Positions 50,768-60,245 of a DNA stretch of 64,000 nucleotides are shown piece by piece. The position numbers and the translations under genes are program-made. Source of the DNA: an uncultured Chloroflexia bacterium (lineage in GTDB: Bacteria > Chloroflexota > Limnocylindria > Limnocylindrales > CSP1-4); the NCBI GenBank assembly GCA_963707215.1, contig CAVPPB010000003.1:1536001-1600000 (forward strand), given 5' to 3'. Each line of letters begins with the position of its first letter. Position 1 is the first letter of the stretch. The notes under the pieces were generated by a model that saw only the letters and a program-made list of their open reading frames with translations, had not been told where the DNA came from and did no database searches.

Positions 50768-51469
50768 CTAGCGCTGGTTGCCGAAGAGGCGGAGCAGCAT
50801 CAGGAACAGGTTCACGAAGTCGAGGTAGAGGATGAAGGCACCCATCACGGCGCCCTTCTCCATCGACTCGGTGAAGGCGGCGATCTGGCCCCGCTGGATG
50901 CGCTGGACGTCATACGCCGTCAGGCCGGTGAAGATCAGCACGCCGACCACGGAGATGATGAAGTTCAGCGTCTCCCAGCCGACGAAGAGGTTCACGACCA
51001 TCGCGACCAGCAGGCCGATCAGGGCCATGAAGAGGTAGCCGCCGAGCGAGGCCAGGTTCCGCTTCGTCACGGCCCCGTAGATGGCGGCCCCGGCGAAGAT
51101 CGAGGCAGCGCTGACGCCGGCCGTCAGGATCGAACCGAGCTCGTAGGTCCAGAGGATCAGCCCGAGCGTGACACCCATCGACGCCGCGTAGACGAAGAAC
51201 AGCAGCAGGGCGACGGTGGCGCTGAGCCGCTTGATGGCCAGGCTCAGGGTGAAGGCGAGGGCGAGCTGCCCGATCAGGATGAAGATCCAGACACCGGACA
51301 GCGTCATCAGCGACTCTTCCGGCAGCGTCCAGAGGAGCGTCCCGACGCCGGTCGTCACGAGGAGGGCGATGAACATCCAGGCGAAGGCCTGGCTGAGGAA
51401 GGCCGTCGACAGCTGGACCGACGGGCGGACCCCCAGCTGCTCCGGGTTCGCGTAGGGTGAGTTCATCAT
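50768..51469 (-). CDS. Bax inhibitor-1/YccA family membrane protein
   Basis: About 7 TM; YG..TKR.L, IFTGLTAYDVQRI, LYLDFVNLFLMLLRLFG. Confidence 0.92.
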   Translation of the reverse strand: MMNSPYANPEQLGVRPSVQLSTAFLSQAFAWMFIALLVTTGVGTLLWTLPEESLMTLSGVWIFILIGQLALAFTLSLAIKRLSATVALLLFFVYAASMGVTLGLILWTYELGSILTAGVSAASIFAGAAIYGAVTKRNLASLGGYLFMALIGLLVAMVVNLFVGWETLNFIISVVGVLIFTGLTAYDVQRIQRGQIAAFTESMEKGAVMGAFILYLDFVNLFLMLLRLFGNQR

Positions 51470-51533
51470 CGGTGGTGTGGTCTCCGTGTCGTGGTGCCCG
51501 GCCGAAGCCTGCGCCCGGGCGTGCGGGGAAATC

Positions 51534-52175
51534 CTAGCCGGTCGGGGCGGGCTCGCCCAGCCGGGTGGCCGGCGGAGCGTGACGCTCCTCGGCCTGTTCG
51601 GCGGCCCGGGCCATGACCCACAGCAGGTCGGCGGCCCGGTTCAGGTACGGGACGATCAACGAGTCGGCGGGCAGGTCGCCGGATCGCAGCAGGGTCACCG
51701 AGCGACGCTCGGCGCGCCGCAGCGTGGTCCGGGCCAGCTCCAGGCCGGCGCTGGTCCGCGTCTCGCCGGGGACGACGAACTCGCGGGGCATCTCGATGCG
51801 GGCCTCCAGGTCAGCCAGGACGCGGCCGATCCCATCGACCATGGCCTCGCTGACCCGGGTCCGCTCCTCGACCAGGCGGTCCCGGGCTTCGGACGTGGTC
51901 GCCAGCTCGGCGCCCACCACGAACAGCTCTCGCTGGAGCCGCAGGACGAGGCCCTCGAGGCCCTCGAAGGCCGGAGCCAGCAGCCCATAGCGCTCGCGCA
52001 GCCCCAGCTCCGCCCTCACGAGGCCTAGGGCGGCGACAGCCTCGTCGACGGTGCCGTACGCCTCGGTCCTGGGATCGTCCTTGGGGATCCGGTCGCCGCC
52101 GTAGAGCAGGCCGGTCGTGCCGTCGTCGCCGCGACCGGTCGCGACGGCCGAGTCGAATGGCAGGCGGTCGTTCAT
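51534..52175 (-). CDS. cob(I)alamin adenosyltransferase (PduO type)
   Basis: TGRGDDGTTGL..RIPKD..EAYGTVDE, LQRELF..GAELA, FVVPG, ARTTLRRAER, YLNRAADLLW..AR. Confidence 0.92.
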   Translation of the reverse strand: MNDRLPFDSAVATGRGDDGTTGLLYGGDRIPKDDPRTEAYGTVDEAVAALGLVRAELGLRERYGLLAPAFEGLEGLVLRLQRELFVVGAELATTSEARDRLVEERTRVSEAMVDGIGRVLADLEARIEMPREFVVPGETRTSAGLELARTTLRRAERRSVTLLRSGDLPADSLIVPYLNRAADLLWVMARAAEQAEERHAPPATRLGEPAPTG

Positions 52176-52537
52176 CACCACATCAGGCCGGCGTCGCGGG
52201 GATCCCAGCGCTCGGCCAGCAGCGTCACCTTGACGTCATGGTCGACGACGGACTCGGCCTGCTCCTTGACCTGCTGGATCATCGACCCGGCGTAGGGGCA
52301 GAACGGCGTCGTCAGGATCATCTTGATCTCGGTCGACCCGGGGCCGAGGACGATCTGCTTGATGAGGGCGAGCTCGACGACGTTCATCCCGATCTCCGGG
52401 TCGACGACGGCCCGCAGGGCATCGAGGATCGCCAGCTCGGTCGCCCGGCGCTCGGGGTCGAAGGCGGGCGCGATTCCCGGCTCCGGGGACCCGGCGGTCC
52501 CGGACGCGGTCGCGGTCTCGGTTGAGGGATCGGTCAT
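52175..52537 (-). CDS. DUF59 metal-sulfur cluster assembly factor (SufT-like)
   Basis: ALRAVVDPEIGMNVVELALI, MILTTPFCP. Confidence 0.9.
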   Translation of the reverse strand: MTDPSTETATASGTAGSPEPGIAPAFDPERRATELAILDALRAVVDPEIGMNVVELALIKQIVLGPGSTEIKMILTTPFCPYAGSMIQQVKEQAESVVDHDVKVTLLAERWDPRDAGLMW

Positions 52538-52560
52538 CGAGGCGTCTCCAGGTTGCCCCG

Positions 52561-52586
52561 AAATCATAGCATCGAGGTCGGGATTA
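52561..52586. promoter_or_regulatory. Rrf2-type half-site overlapping an extended -10 box upstream of the DUF59 gene
   Basis: Minus strand reads TAATCCCGAC-ctcgatg-CTATGATTT, which contains TGcTATGAT. Confidence 0.5.
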
Positions 52587-52636
52587 GCCGTCCGCGCATC
52601 GGGCAGGGCCGTCGGCCGAGGGACGGCGAGGCCGGC

Positions 52637-52963
52637 TCAGGCCGGGACGGCCGCCTTGACCACGATGCCGGGCGGGCGGAGCGCCTCGGGCAGCGGGGCG
52701 ACCTCATCCGGGCCGAAGCCCGGGCCGGCGAGCGAGCCATCCGGTTCGAAGAACCCCTCATACCGCTCTGGGTGCTCGGCGGCGTAGACGAAGGCCGAGG
52801 CGATCCCCAGGACCCGGAGCTCCGGGTGATCCTTGAGGATGTCGGCCGGAGCCTGCCCGCTCGCTCGCATCTCGAGCAGCTGGCGTACGGTGAGCCGGCT
52901 GTTGTAGAGGAACGGCTCGCCGTTCAGGACGAGCGGATCGACCTTCACCCACTTGATCGTCAT
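52637..52963 (-). CDS. DUF433 domain protein
   Basis: VDPLVLNGEPFLYNSRLTVRQLLE..SG..DIL.DHPEL. Confidence 0.85.
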   Translation of the reverse strand: MTIKWVKVDPLVLNGEPFLYNSRLTVRQLLEMRASGQAPADILKDHPELRVLGIASAFVYAAEHPERYEGFFEPDGSLAGPGFGPDEVAPLPEALRPPGIVVKAAVPA

Positions 52964-52965
52964 CT

Positions 52966-53448
52966 TCAGGCGCCCTTGTAGATCGCGGCCAGGAGCGGGT
53001 TCCGCTTCCGGGCGTCGCCGGCGAGGCGCCGGTAGTCGCGGAACACGGCGATCCCGGCATCGATCGCGCGATCGGCGGGTTCGCGTTCCGCGGGCGACAG
53101 GACCGCGGCCGAGGCGGCCCGGATCCCTTCGAGGAGCCGGGCAGCGTCATCGACCGAGACCTGTCGGCGGCGCAGCAGCGGGCTGACCTGGTCGGCGAAG
53201 GTGCTCATGAAGGTCGGATCGTCGGAGGCGACCGAACGAGCCAGCCGGTCGATGAAGATCTCGCTGTCCCGGAGCAGCCTGCGCAGGCCGATCTCGTCGA
53301 GGCGATCGCGGATGGTCGGATCCCGCTGGATGGCGATCTCCAGCGCTCGAGCCCCGATCGTCGTGCGGTTCGCCATGAGCCGGGCGGCGGCCTCGGGGTA
53401 CCCGGCTGTCAGGTCCGGTGGCGGGGCGCCAAGGTTGGGGTGCTTCAC
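52966..53448 (-). CDS. hypothetical all-helical protein, possible globin/phycobiliprotein-like fold
   Basis: GTG start 7 nt after TAGACT; LLRDSEIFIDRLARSV..DD..F..F..V..LL.RR.VS pattern. Confidence 0.65.
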   Translation of the reverse strand: MKHPNLGAPPPDLTAGYPEAAARLMANRTTIGARALEIAIQRDPTIRDRLDEIGLRRLLRDSEIFIDRLARSVASDDPTFMSTFADQVSPLLRRRQVSVDDAARLLEGIRAASAAVLSPAEREPADRAIDAGIAVFRDYRRLAGDARKRNPLLAAIYKGA

Positions 53449-53513
53449 GCTCCGAAGTCTAGCGCCCGCTCGGGGCCGCTGCCACGAACGCGGGCGCCGT
53501 CTACGATGGGTCC

Positions 53514-54041
53514 ATGGACGCATCGCGACCACCCGAGCCGACCGAGGACCAGCCGCCGACCCGGACAGCGGAGCCGGGCGATGGCCGGCCTGGGCGTCTC
53601 GCCACGCCACCGTCACAGCGCTACGTCCAGGCGGCCCGCGGATCTGCGGAGGATGGGGCACCGGACGGTGCGTCGTCGGGGCGCGCGGTCGTCATCGGCG
53701 GGTTCGTGGCCGCGTTCATCGCCGTCCTCATGATCGCCCTGGGCGTCGTCTTCTCGATGACCTCCGGGCTCCTGGTCGCGGCGTTCTTCCTGGGCCGGCT
53801 GACGGCCATCGGGGTGCGAGCGGGCGGCGGGTCCGCCGTGTCCTCGACGCTTCGGGTCGTCCTGTCGATCGGGCTCTCGCTGGCCGCGGTCGCGCTCGTC
53901 CAGGTCGGCCTGTGGCTCGTGGCCGGGGTCCAGGGGGGCAGCCTGGGGTTCGCCGCGTTCCTCGACCAGACGTACGGGCCGCTCGTCCTCCTGGAAGCCA
54001 GCGTGGCGACCCTGGCCGCGTGGTGGGGAGCGGCCCGCTGA
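53514..54041 (+). CDS. hypothetical membrane protein (about 4 TM)
   Basis: Hydrophobic helices after a polar N-terminus; ATG 6 nt after TACGAT. Confidence 0.7.
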   Translation: MDASRPPEPTEDQPPTRTAEPGDGRPGRLATPPSQRYVQAARGSAEDGAPDGASSGRAVVIGGFVAAFIAVLMIALGVVFSMTSGLLVAAFFLGRLTAIGVRAGGGSAVSSTLRVVLSIGLSLAAVALVQVGLWLVAGVQGGSLGFAAFLDQTYGPLVLLEASVATLAAWWGAAR

Positions 54042-54562
54042 ACGGCCCGGAGACGATCCGCCTCCGCCGCCCCGTCGAGGCCGATCACGCCTTCGTCGTC
54101 GGGCGGGTCGACGCTTGGTGGGGCGGACGACGACTGCACGACCTGCTCCCGCGCCTCTGGTTCCAGCACTTCACCGGCACGTCGTGGATCGCCGAGGCCG
54201 AGGACGGCCGGATCGTCGGCTTCCTGGTCGGCTTCGTCTCGCCCGACCACCCCCAGCTTGGGTACGTCCACATGACCGCCATCGCGCCCGGCCTCCGACG
54301 CCGGGGCGTCGCTCGCGAGCTGTACGAGCGCTTCTTCGCCGACGTCGCCGCCCGCGGGGTGAGGACGATCCGGGCGGTCACCTGGCCTGGCAACCGGGTC
54401 TCGATCGACTTCCACCGGGCGATCGGGTTCAAGGCGGTGGACGGTCCCGGGACGGTACCGGCCTGGGGATCGCCGGCCTTCCTCGACTACGACGCCCCGG
54501 ACGAGGACCGGACGGTCTTCGAGCTGACCCTCGACGAGCAGGGCCGAGCGGTCCCCGAGTAG
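54038..54562 (+). CDS. GNAT family N-acetyltransferase (start CTG 54038 or GTG 54020/54023)
   Basis: WWGGR..LLPRLWFQHF, GFLVGF, YVH..RRRGVARELY, PGNRVSIDFHRAIGF. Confidence 0.88.
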   Translation: MNGPETIRLRRPVEADHAFVVGRVDAWWGGRRLHDLLPRLWFQHFTGTSWIAEAEDGRIVGFLVGFVSPDHPQLGYVHMTAIAPGLRRRGVARELYERFFADVAARGVRTIRAVTWPGNRVSIDFHRAIGFKAVDGPGTVPAWGSPAFLDYDAPDEDRTVFELTLDEQGRAVPE

Positions 54563-54588
54563 CGTCGGGCCGCCGCGCGGCGCGGGGC

Positions 54589-55905
54589 CTAGCGGTGGCG
54601 CTCGGCGCCAGCCAGGTCCTCGGCGATGCCGGACGGCGTCAGCGGCTCGCTGAGCAGGCGCCGGAACCGGCCCACGGGGTCGCCGTCCGGGGCGGTCCCG
54701 ACCCAGCGCTCGAGGAGCGGTCGGCCCTCGTGGTAGACGTGGACGTAGGTCCGCCAGCGCGGATCCTCGATGAAGCGCAGGCTCGCCGCGGCGCGCTCCC
54801 TCGAGAGCCGCCCGACGCCGACGAGGAGCTCGAGCGAGTCGTCGTGATCGCGTCCGTCCACCCAGCGGGCCAGGGCTGCGTCGACGGCGACCTCCCGGAG
54901 GCGCTCGCGCTGCCGTGAGACGGCCACGGCGAGCTCGGCGGTCTCGCGGGTCGGTGGGACCCCGCCCCCCTCCGGCACCGAGACCCGCCCCAGCAGCTCG
55001 ACCAGCAGCTCGACCTGATCGGTACCTGGCAGGAGCAGGTCGGGGCCCAGGTCGGCCAAGCCTTCCGAGATGACGGCCGCCGGCGTCAGCAAGACGGCCG
55101 CCGCCGTCTCGAGCCAGCCGCGACGCTCCACCAGCTCGGCCTCCTTGGTGACGGCCTCGAGATGGTGACCGGCGTACGTCTCGTGGGCGAGTGTGCGGAC
55201 CAGGGCCGGCGCGCGGATCGGCAGGTCGACGTTGAGATCGACGCGCGAGCGCCCGCCCCCGTCGAACCAGTGGTAGCCGGACCAGGGCTGGTCGCGGACG
55301 AGGCCGATCCTGACGCGCTCGCCCTCGGGGACCCCGAACGCCGCCGCGGCCCGTCCGCGGAGCGCCGCCATGACGAGGTCGACGGCCTCGCCGACCCGGA
55401 CGTCCGGGATGGTGATCCGCTCGTCCCAGGCCTCCAGGCGCTCGAGGATGGAGCCGTCGCCCGGCAGGAGCCGCTCCAGCTCGGCCGCCGCCTCGTCGAA
55501 GTACGAGCTGCCCCGCGGCCGCGGCTCGATGCCGAACGACCGTCGGACCTGCTCGAGGTACGGGACCGGCGTCCCGTCGAGCACCTCGATCCGGGCCGCC
55601 ATGGCCAGGACCTGGCTCGCCAGCCAGGCCCGCCGGTCGGGGTGGTCGACCTCACGCCCGATCCTCTCGCTGAGGCCCGCGGCGTCGTCCCGGAGGCGAC
55701 CGAGCGAGCGGGGTTGCTCGATGTCGACGGCGGCCTTGAGGTCGGCCGGTCCGGTGTACGAGTCGAGGATCCCCGGGTCGTGCTGGTCGAGACGCAGGGC
55801 GAGCAGGAGGAACTCGCGGGCGACCGGGTCGGGCTCGGGGACGGTGCGCTCGCCGCCGATGGCCGGGACGCGAGAGCCGCGCCAGGCGATGGGCTCCTGG
55901 GTCAT
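54589..55905 (-). CDS. DUF885-like putative zinc metallopeptidase
   Basis: WSGYHWFDG, AHETYAGHHLE, ISEGLA, YVHVY..G; ATGA overlap. Confidence 0.7.
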   Translation of the reverse strand: MTQEPIAWRGSRVPAIGGERTVPEPDPVAREFLLLALRLDQHDPGILDSYTGPADLKAAVDIEQPRSLGRLRDDAAGLSERIGREVDHPDRRAWLASQVLAMAARIEVLDGTPVPYLEQVRRSFGIEPRPRGSSYFDEAAAELERLLPGDGSILERLEAWDERITIPDVRVGEAVDLVMAALRGRAAAAFGVPEGERVRIGLVRDQPWSGYHWFDGGGRSRVDLNVDLPIRAPALVRTLAHETYAGHHLEAVTKEAELVERRGWLETAAAVLLTPAAVISEGLADLGPDLLLPGTDQVELLVELLGRVSVPEGGGVPPTRETAELAVAVSRQRERLREVAVDAALARWVDGRDHDDSLELLVGVGRLSRERAAASLRFIEDPRWRTYVHVYHEGRPLLERWVGTAPDGDPVGRFRRLLSEPLTPSGIAEDLAGAERHR

Positions 55906-56444
55906 CGCTCCATCCGCTCCGGGCGCGGTGCCCGGGGGACGCCGTGGTCGGGGTGCTCGGCCGCCTGGCGGCGGGCCTCGCGCAGGCGCGCTTCCATCGC
56001 GGGGTCGAGCGGGATCGACCCGGTCGAGCCCGTCGCCGTGTGGGCATCGGAGCCGCTGCCGACGCCGGGGCCGGCCGCCGAGGACGGGACGGCGCCCATC
56101 CCCTGCCCCGGCCCGATGCCGCCGTCCTCCCCTCGGAAGGGCATCCCCTGGCGCTCGACGGCATCGAGGCTCATCCGCAGGGCCGAGGTCTTCCGTTCGG
56201 CGACCTCGCGAACGTAGGCCGCCTCCTCGTCGGCGGTCATCCGTCGCCCCCGGATGATGTCCGTGGGCTTGCCGACCATCAGCCAGGCGAGGTGGTAGCG
56301 GTCCATCGTTCCCCAGGCCTGTGACAGGAGGTCGTCGGACAGTTGGAGCCACGTCCGCAGCGCGCCCAGGTCGGGGCGGGCCTGCAGTCGCTCGCCCTCC
56401 TCGACGAGCTGGCGGGTCCGGACGATGAGCTCGTCGCGGGTCAT
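55902..56444 (-). CDS. hypothetical protein
   Basis: Protein-like helical N-terminus (WLQLSDDLLSQAWGTMDRYHLAWL); ATGA-coupled at both ends. Confidence 0.7.
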   Translation of the reverse strand: MTRDELIVRTRQLVEEGERLQARPDLGALRTWLQLSDDLLSQAWGTMDRYHLAWLMVGKPTDIIRGRRMTADEEAAYVREVAERKTSALRMSLDAVERQGMPFRGEDGGIGPGQGMGAVPSSAAGPGVGSGSDAHTATGSTGSIPLDPAMEARLREARRQAAEHPDHGVPRAPRPERMER

Positions 56445-57376
56445 CGCGGGAGGGCCGCCCGCTCGGCGAGCGAGACCTCGTCGATCCAGCGCTCGCGGGC
56501 CTGGCGCAGGGCGAGGGTCCGGCTGCCGGGCTCGCCCGAGCCGATCGCCCGGCCGTCGAGCGCCACGAGCGGCACGATCCCGGCAACGGTGCTCGAGAGG
56601 AACGCCTCGTCGGCGGCCACGAGGTCGTCCGGGATCAGGTCCGTCGCCGCCGGCGCAAGGCCCAGTTCGCGGACGCTCGGATGCTCGAGCAGCCAGGTCC
56701 GCGTCGTGCCGGCAAGGATCGCCGCACCCGCCGTCGGCGTCAGGAGGCGATCGCCGGTGATGGCGAACACGTTGGCGCTCGTCGCCTCGCTGACGCGACC
56801 GTCGGTCGTCATGAAGAGCGCGTCGTCGACGCCGGCCCGCTCGGCCTCCAGCCGGGCGTAGACGTAATCGGCCCGGGACGTCGCCTTGATCCCGGCGAGC
56901 GGCGAGGCCGGATCCCGGTGTACCCGGCTCGCCACCGCCCGGATGCCCCGGGCCAGGACCGTCGGCGGCGTCGGCAGGTAGGCCCAGGCCTGGATCACCA
57001 CGGTCGCATGGGCGACCTCCCAGCCGGGCGGCAGCGTCCCGCGCCGGTCCAGCGACCCGCGGCTGGCGGTGATCCGGACCGCGGCGTCACCGGGTGCCAG
57101 CCGATCGTCGCCCGGGCCGCCCAGGTGCTCGACGTCGAGCAGTTCCAGGAGGCCGGCCAGGATCGCCTCGTCCGGCGGGAGGTGGATCGCCAGGGCCACC
57201 GCACCCTCGTGGAGTCGCTCCACGTGCTCAGCCCACTCGATCGGCACGCCACGGCGGGCCCGGAGCGTCTCGAACAAGCCGTCGCCCAGCTGGAAGCCGC
57301 GGTCGGTGACCGGGAGGTGCGGGCCGTGGGCATCCAGCAGGTGACCGTCCAGCCAGACGTGGGCAGGGAGTGTCAT
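56441..57376 (-). CDS. class IV aminotransferase (PabC/IlvE-like; probable aminodeoxychorismate lyase)
   Basis: DRGFQLGDGLFETLR, RITASRG, GIKATSRA, EATSANVF, ILAGTTR, ADEAFLSST. Confidence 0.88.
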   Translation of the reverse strand: MTLPAHVWLDGHLLDAHGPHLPVTDRGFQLGDGLFETLRARRGVPIEWAEHVERLHEGAVALAIHLPPDEAILAGLLELLDVEHLGGPGDDRLAPGDAAVRITASRGSLDRRGTLPPGWEVAHATVVIQAWAYLPTPPTVLARGIRAVASRVHRDPASPLAGIKATSRADYVYARLEAERAGVDDALFMTTDGRVSEATSANVFAITGDRLLTPTAGAAILAGTTRTWLLEHPSVRELGLAPAATDLIPDDLVAADEAFLSSTVAGIVPLVALDGRAIGSGEPGSRTLALRQARERWIDEVSLAERAALPR

Positions 57377-57469
57377 CACGCGGACCGTTCGGCGGTGGGC
57401 GGGCGGCCGGATGGGCCGGCGCAACGGGGCGCCGATCGGATGATCGCCGGCTCGGGCATCATGGGGACG

Positions 57470-58582
57470 ATGGTAGCCGAGCCGCCCACGAGCCCCGGGC
57501 CCCCACCGAACGCCGCCCGCCTGGACGCCACGCGTCTCGAGCGAGCCTTCCGGGCGATCGCCGAGGCCGTGGCCGCGGGCGAGCCGCCGGCAGCGGTCCT
57601 CGCGGTAGCCGGCCCGGGCGGCCCGGTCCAGGCCCGCGGCTTCGGGACCGACGGCCGCGCGCGCGTCGGCGTGGGCCACCGCTTCCGGGTCGCCTCGATC
57701 ACCAAGCCCATCGTGGCAACGGCCGTGATGCAGCTGGTCGAGGAGGGCCGGCTGACCCTGTCCGATCCCGTCCGCCGGCACGTCCCCGAGTTCGATCCGC
57801 CGGCCGTTGCGGCGGGCCGCCCCGGGGCGGAGGCCGTGACCGTCTGGCACCTCCTCACCCACACTTCCGGCGCGATCGACCTGGACTGGCACGGCCAGGG
57901 GATGGCGCCGCCGAGCGCGGACGAGATCGTCGCCAGCGTCTGCAGCCGGCCGCTGGCCTTCGCCCCGGGCAGCGCCTACACGTACGCCTCGGACACCTTC
58001 TTCCTGCTCGGGCTGATCCTCCAGCGGGTCGGCGGCCACTCGTCGATCGGCGCGGCCCTGGGCGCGCGGATCCTCGAGCCCCTGGGCATGACGGCCACCG
58101 GCTTCGAGATGCGGACCGAGGGCCACGCCAACGCCCCGGTCTCGATCGCCGGTGGGGACGGGGTCGACACCGAGCGCTTCTCCGAGTGGATCAGCGCGGT
58201 CGAGCACCCGGGCGGCGGGCTCTGGTCGACGGCCCACGACCTCGTGGCCTTCGGGCGGGCTTCGATGGCGGCTCCGTCGGTCCCGAGGATCCTCGGCCGA
58301 CCGTTCCTCGAGCTGATGCGTCGCGAGCAGACGGCCGGCGTCTTCGAGCCCGGCGAGCCGCCGCGTCGCCCCACCTACGGCCTGGGCTGGGCCAAGCCGA
58401 CCCTGGACGGCCGGATGCCAGGTCCGCCATCGGTCGTCGAGCACGCCGGTGCCACCGGGAGCCGGCTCTGGGTCGACCCGCAGAACGGCCTGGTCATCGC
58501 CCTCCTGGTGGGCAGGTGGGGCGCGGATCGGGCGCTGGCCGACACGGCGATCGCGGCGGTCTACGGGGCGCTGGAGGCCTGA
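57470..58582 (+). CDS. serine hydrolase, beta-lactamase family
   Basis: FRVASITK (SxxK), LLTHTSG, YTYAS, ILEPLGM..T, GGGLWST, EHAGATG; start uncertain (57440/57461/57470). Confidence 0.88.
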   Translation: MVAEPPTSPGPPPNAARLDATRLERAFRAIAEAVAAGEPPAAVLAVAGPGGPVQARGFGTDGRARVGVGHRFRVASITKPIVATAVMQLVEEGRLTLSDPVRRHVPEFDPPAVAAGRPGAEAVTVWHLLTHTSGAIDLDWHGQGMAPPSADEIVASVCSRPLAFAPGSAYTYASDTFFLLGLILQRVGGHSSIGAALGARILEPLGMTATGFEMRTEGHANAPVSIAGGDGVDTERFSEWISAVEHPGGGLWSTAHDLVAFGRASMAAPSVPRILGRPFLELMRREQTAGVFEPGEPPRRPTYGLGWAKPTLDGRMPGPPSVVEHAGATGSRLWVDPQNGLVIALLVGRWGADRALADTAIAAVYGALEA

Positions 58583-58643
58583 CGGCCCCGGGTCCCGGCC
58601 TCGGCCGCGGCGGCGCGTCGCGCCCCTGATGGCGCGTGGTGGC

Positions 58644-60149
58644 CTACCCGACCTCCCGGGAGCCGATCGCACCGAGCGGGCCATGGGCCTTGGCCACGGT
58701 CTCCTCCCACTCCGCGTCGGGGTCGCTTCGCCAGGTGATGCCGCCACCGACGTGGAGGGTCAGGCGCCGCCCGTCGGCGACCAGGGTGCGGATGAGGATG
58801 CTGGTCCCCATCGTCCCGTCGGGGGAGACCCAGCCCAGGGCCCCGGTGTACGGCCCACGCCGGACGGGCTCCAGGTCCTCGAGGAGCTCGATGGCCCGCA
58901 GCTTCGGGGCGCCGGTGATCGAGCCGCCGGGGAAGCTCGCCGCCAGCAGGTCGAACGGGTCGCGACCCGGTGCCAGCCGGCCGGTCACCGTGGAGACCAG
59001 GTGCTGGACGGTCGCCGTCCGCTCGAGCCGGCACAGCCGGGGTACCCGGACGGTCCCCGGCTCGCAGACCCGGCCGAGGTCGTTGCGGAGGACGTCGACG
59101 ATCATCACGTTCTCGGCTCGGTCCTTGGCCGAGGCGAGCAGCTCGAAGGCGAGAGCCCGCTCCTCCGCCCGGTCGCGACCCCTGGGCCGGGTCCCCTTGA
59201 TCGGGTCGGTCGAGACGAGCCCGCCCGACCGGACCGCCAGGAACGGCTCCGGTGAGGCCGAAAGGATCGCTCGCCTGACGCGGGTCTCCGGGTGGATGCC
59301 CAGGTCCAGGAAGGCCGCGAAGCGAGCCGGATCGCCGCCACGAAGCCGCCGGTAGACGGCCCACGGATCGCCGGTGAAGGGCGCCTCCAGGCGTCGCGCC
59401 AGGTTGGCCTGGTAGATCTCGCCGGCCGCGATCGAGGCACGGATCGACTCGACCGAGCGACGATGCGTCAGCCGGTCCATGGAGGACCGGAAGGCCGCTG
59501 GCGCAAGCGTCACCGCGGGGGGGCCGCCGCCACGGACCTGATCGTCGACCCTGGATCGGCCGCCCGCCAGCGCCGCTGCGATCCCGGCCCGGAGCTCGCC
59601 GGCCCGTCGACCCAGGCGTGGTACGTCGCCGTCGAGCGCCCTGCCACCAAGCCACGCCCGTCCCGTGGTCCCGTCCCAGGCGAGGACGAGGTCGTGGAGC
59701 GCCAGCCGCAGGATCGGCAGTCCCTGGTCGTCGGGCGCCCGGTGCGGGAGGCGCTCCAGGCGACCGCCGAGGTCGTAGCCGAGGTAGCCGAGGAGGCCAC
59801 CGAGGAACGGCGGCACGGCCCCTTCGGCAGCGCCCGCGCCCCCCGTGCTCGGCATCCCGCTCGCCAGTCGGGCCAGGAGCCGGCGAGCTTCGGCGAACGG
59901 ATCGGGACCGCCGGCCGGCGCCTCGAGTACGACGATGGGATCTGCCGCGAGGAAGGTCCAGCGGTCACGCCGTCCGCGCCGGGCCGTCTCGAGCAGCGCC
60001 AGGCCGGTCCGCGCCGGCAGGGCCTCGGCGACATCGAGCGGCGCCAGGCCGTCGAGGGCCGGCCAGCGCTCCAGCAACACGCCGCCAGGGACCGACCCCA
60101 CAGGAGGCTCGGGGTCGATCATGGAACGGACGGGCGCGAGCCGGGCCAT
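58644..60149 (-). CDS. pabB: aminodeoxychorismate synthase component I (chorismate-binding family)
   Basis: PFLGGLLGYLGYD, GEIYQANL, SASPE, PIKGTRPR, KDRAENVMIVDVLRNDLGR, FPGGSITGAPK, VGGGITWRS. Confidence 0.85.
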   Translation of the reverse strand: MARLAPVRSMIDPEPPVGSVPGGVLLERWPALDGLAPLDVAEALPARTGLALLETARRGRRDRWTFLAADPIVVLEAPAGGPDPFAEARRLLARLASGMPSTGGAGAAEGAVPPFLGGLLGYLGYDLGGRLERLPHRAPDDQGLPILRLALHDLVLAWDGTTGRAWLGGRALDGDVPRLGRRAGELRAGIAAALAGGRSRVDDQVRGGGPPAVTLAPAAFRSSMDRLTHRRSVESIRASIAAGEIYQANLARRLEAPFTGDPWAVYRRLRGGDPARFAAFLDLGIHPETRVRRAILSASPEPFLAVRSGGLVSTDPIKGTRPRGRDRAEERALAFELLASAKDRAENVMIVDVLRNDLGRVCEPGTVRVPRLCRLERTATVQHLVSTVTGRLAPGRDPFDLLAASFPGGSITGAPKLRAIELLEDLEPVRRGPYTGALGWVSPDGTMGTSILIRTLVADGRRLTLHVGGGITWRSDPDAEWEETVAKAHGPLGAIGSREVG

Positions 60150-60245
60150 GGCGGGCATTATCGTGGCGCCGGGCCCGAGGCGGATGGAGCCGAAAGACCC
60201 GCCGACAGCAGCCGGCATGCGATCCGGACCAGGAGGAGGGCATCG

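Noticed and set aside
57377-58747. N-terminal extension of the class IV aminotransferase ORF
   Set aside because: It is antisense to the serine hydrolase; homology begins at MTLPAHVWLDG.
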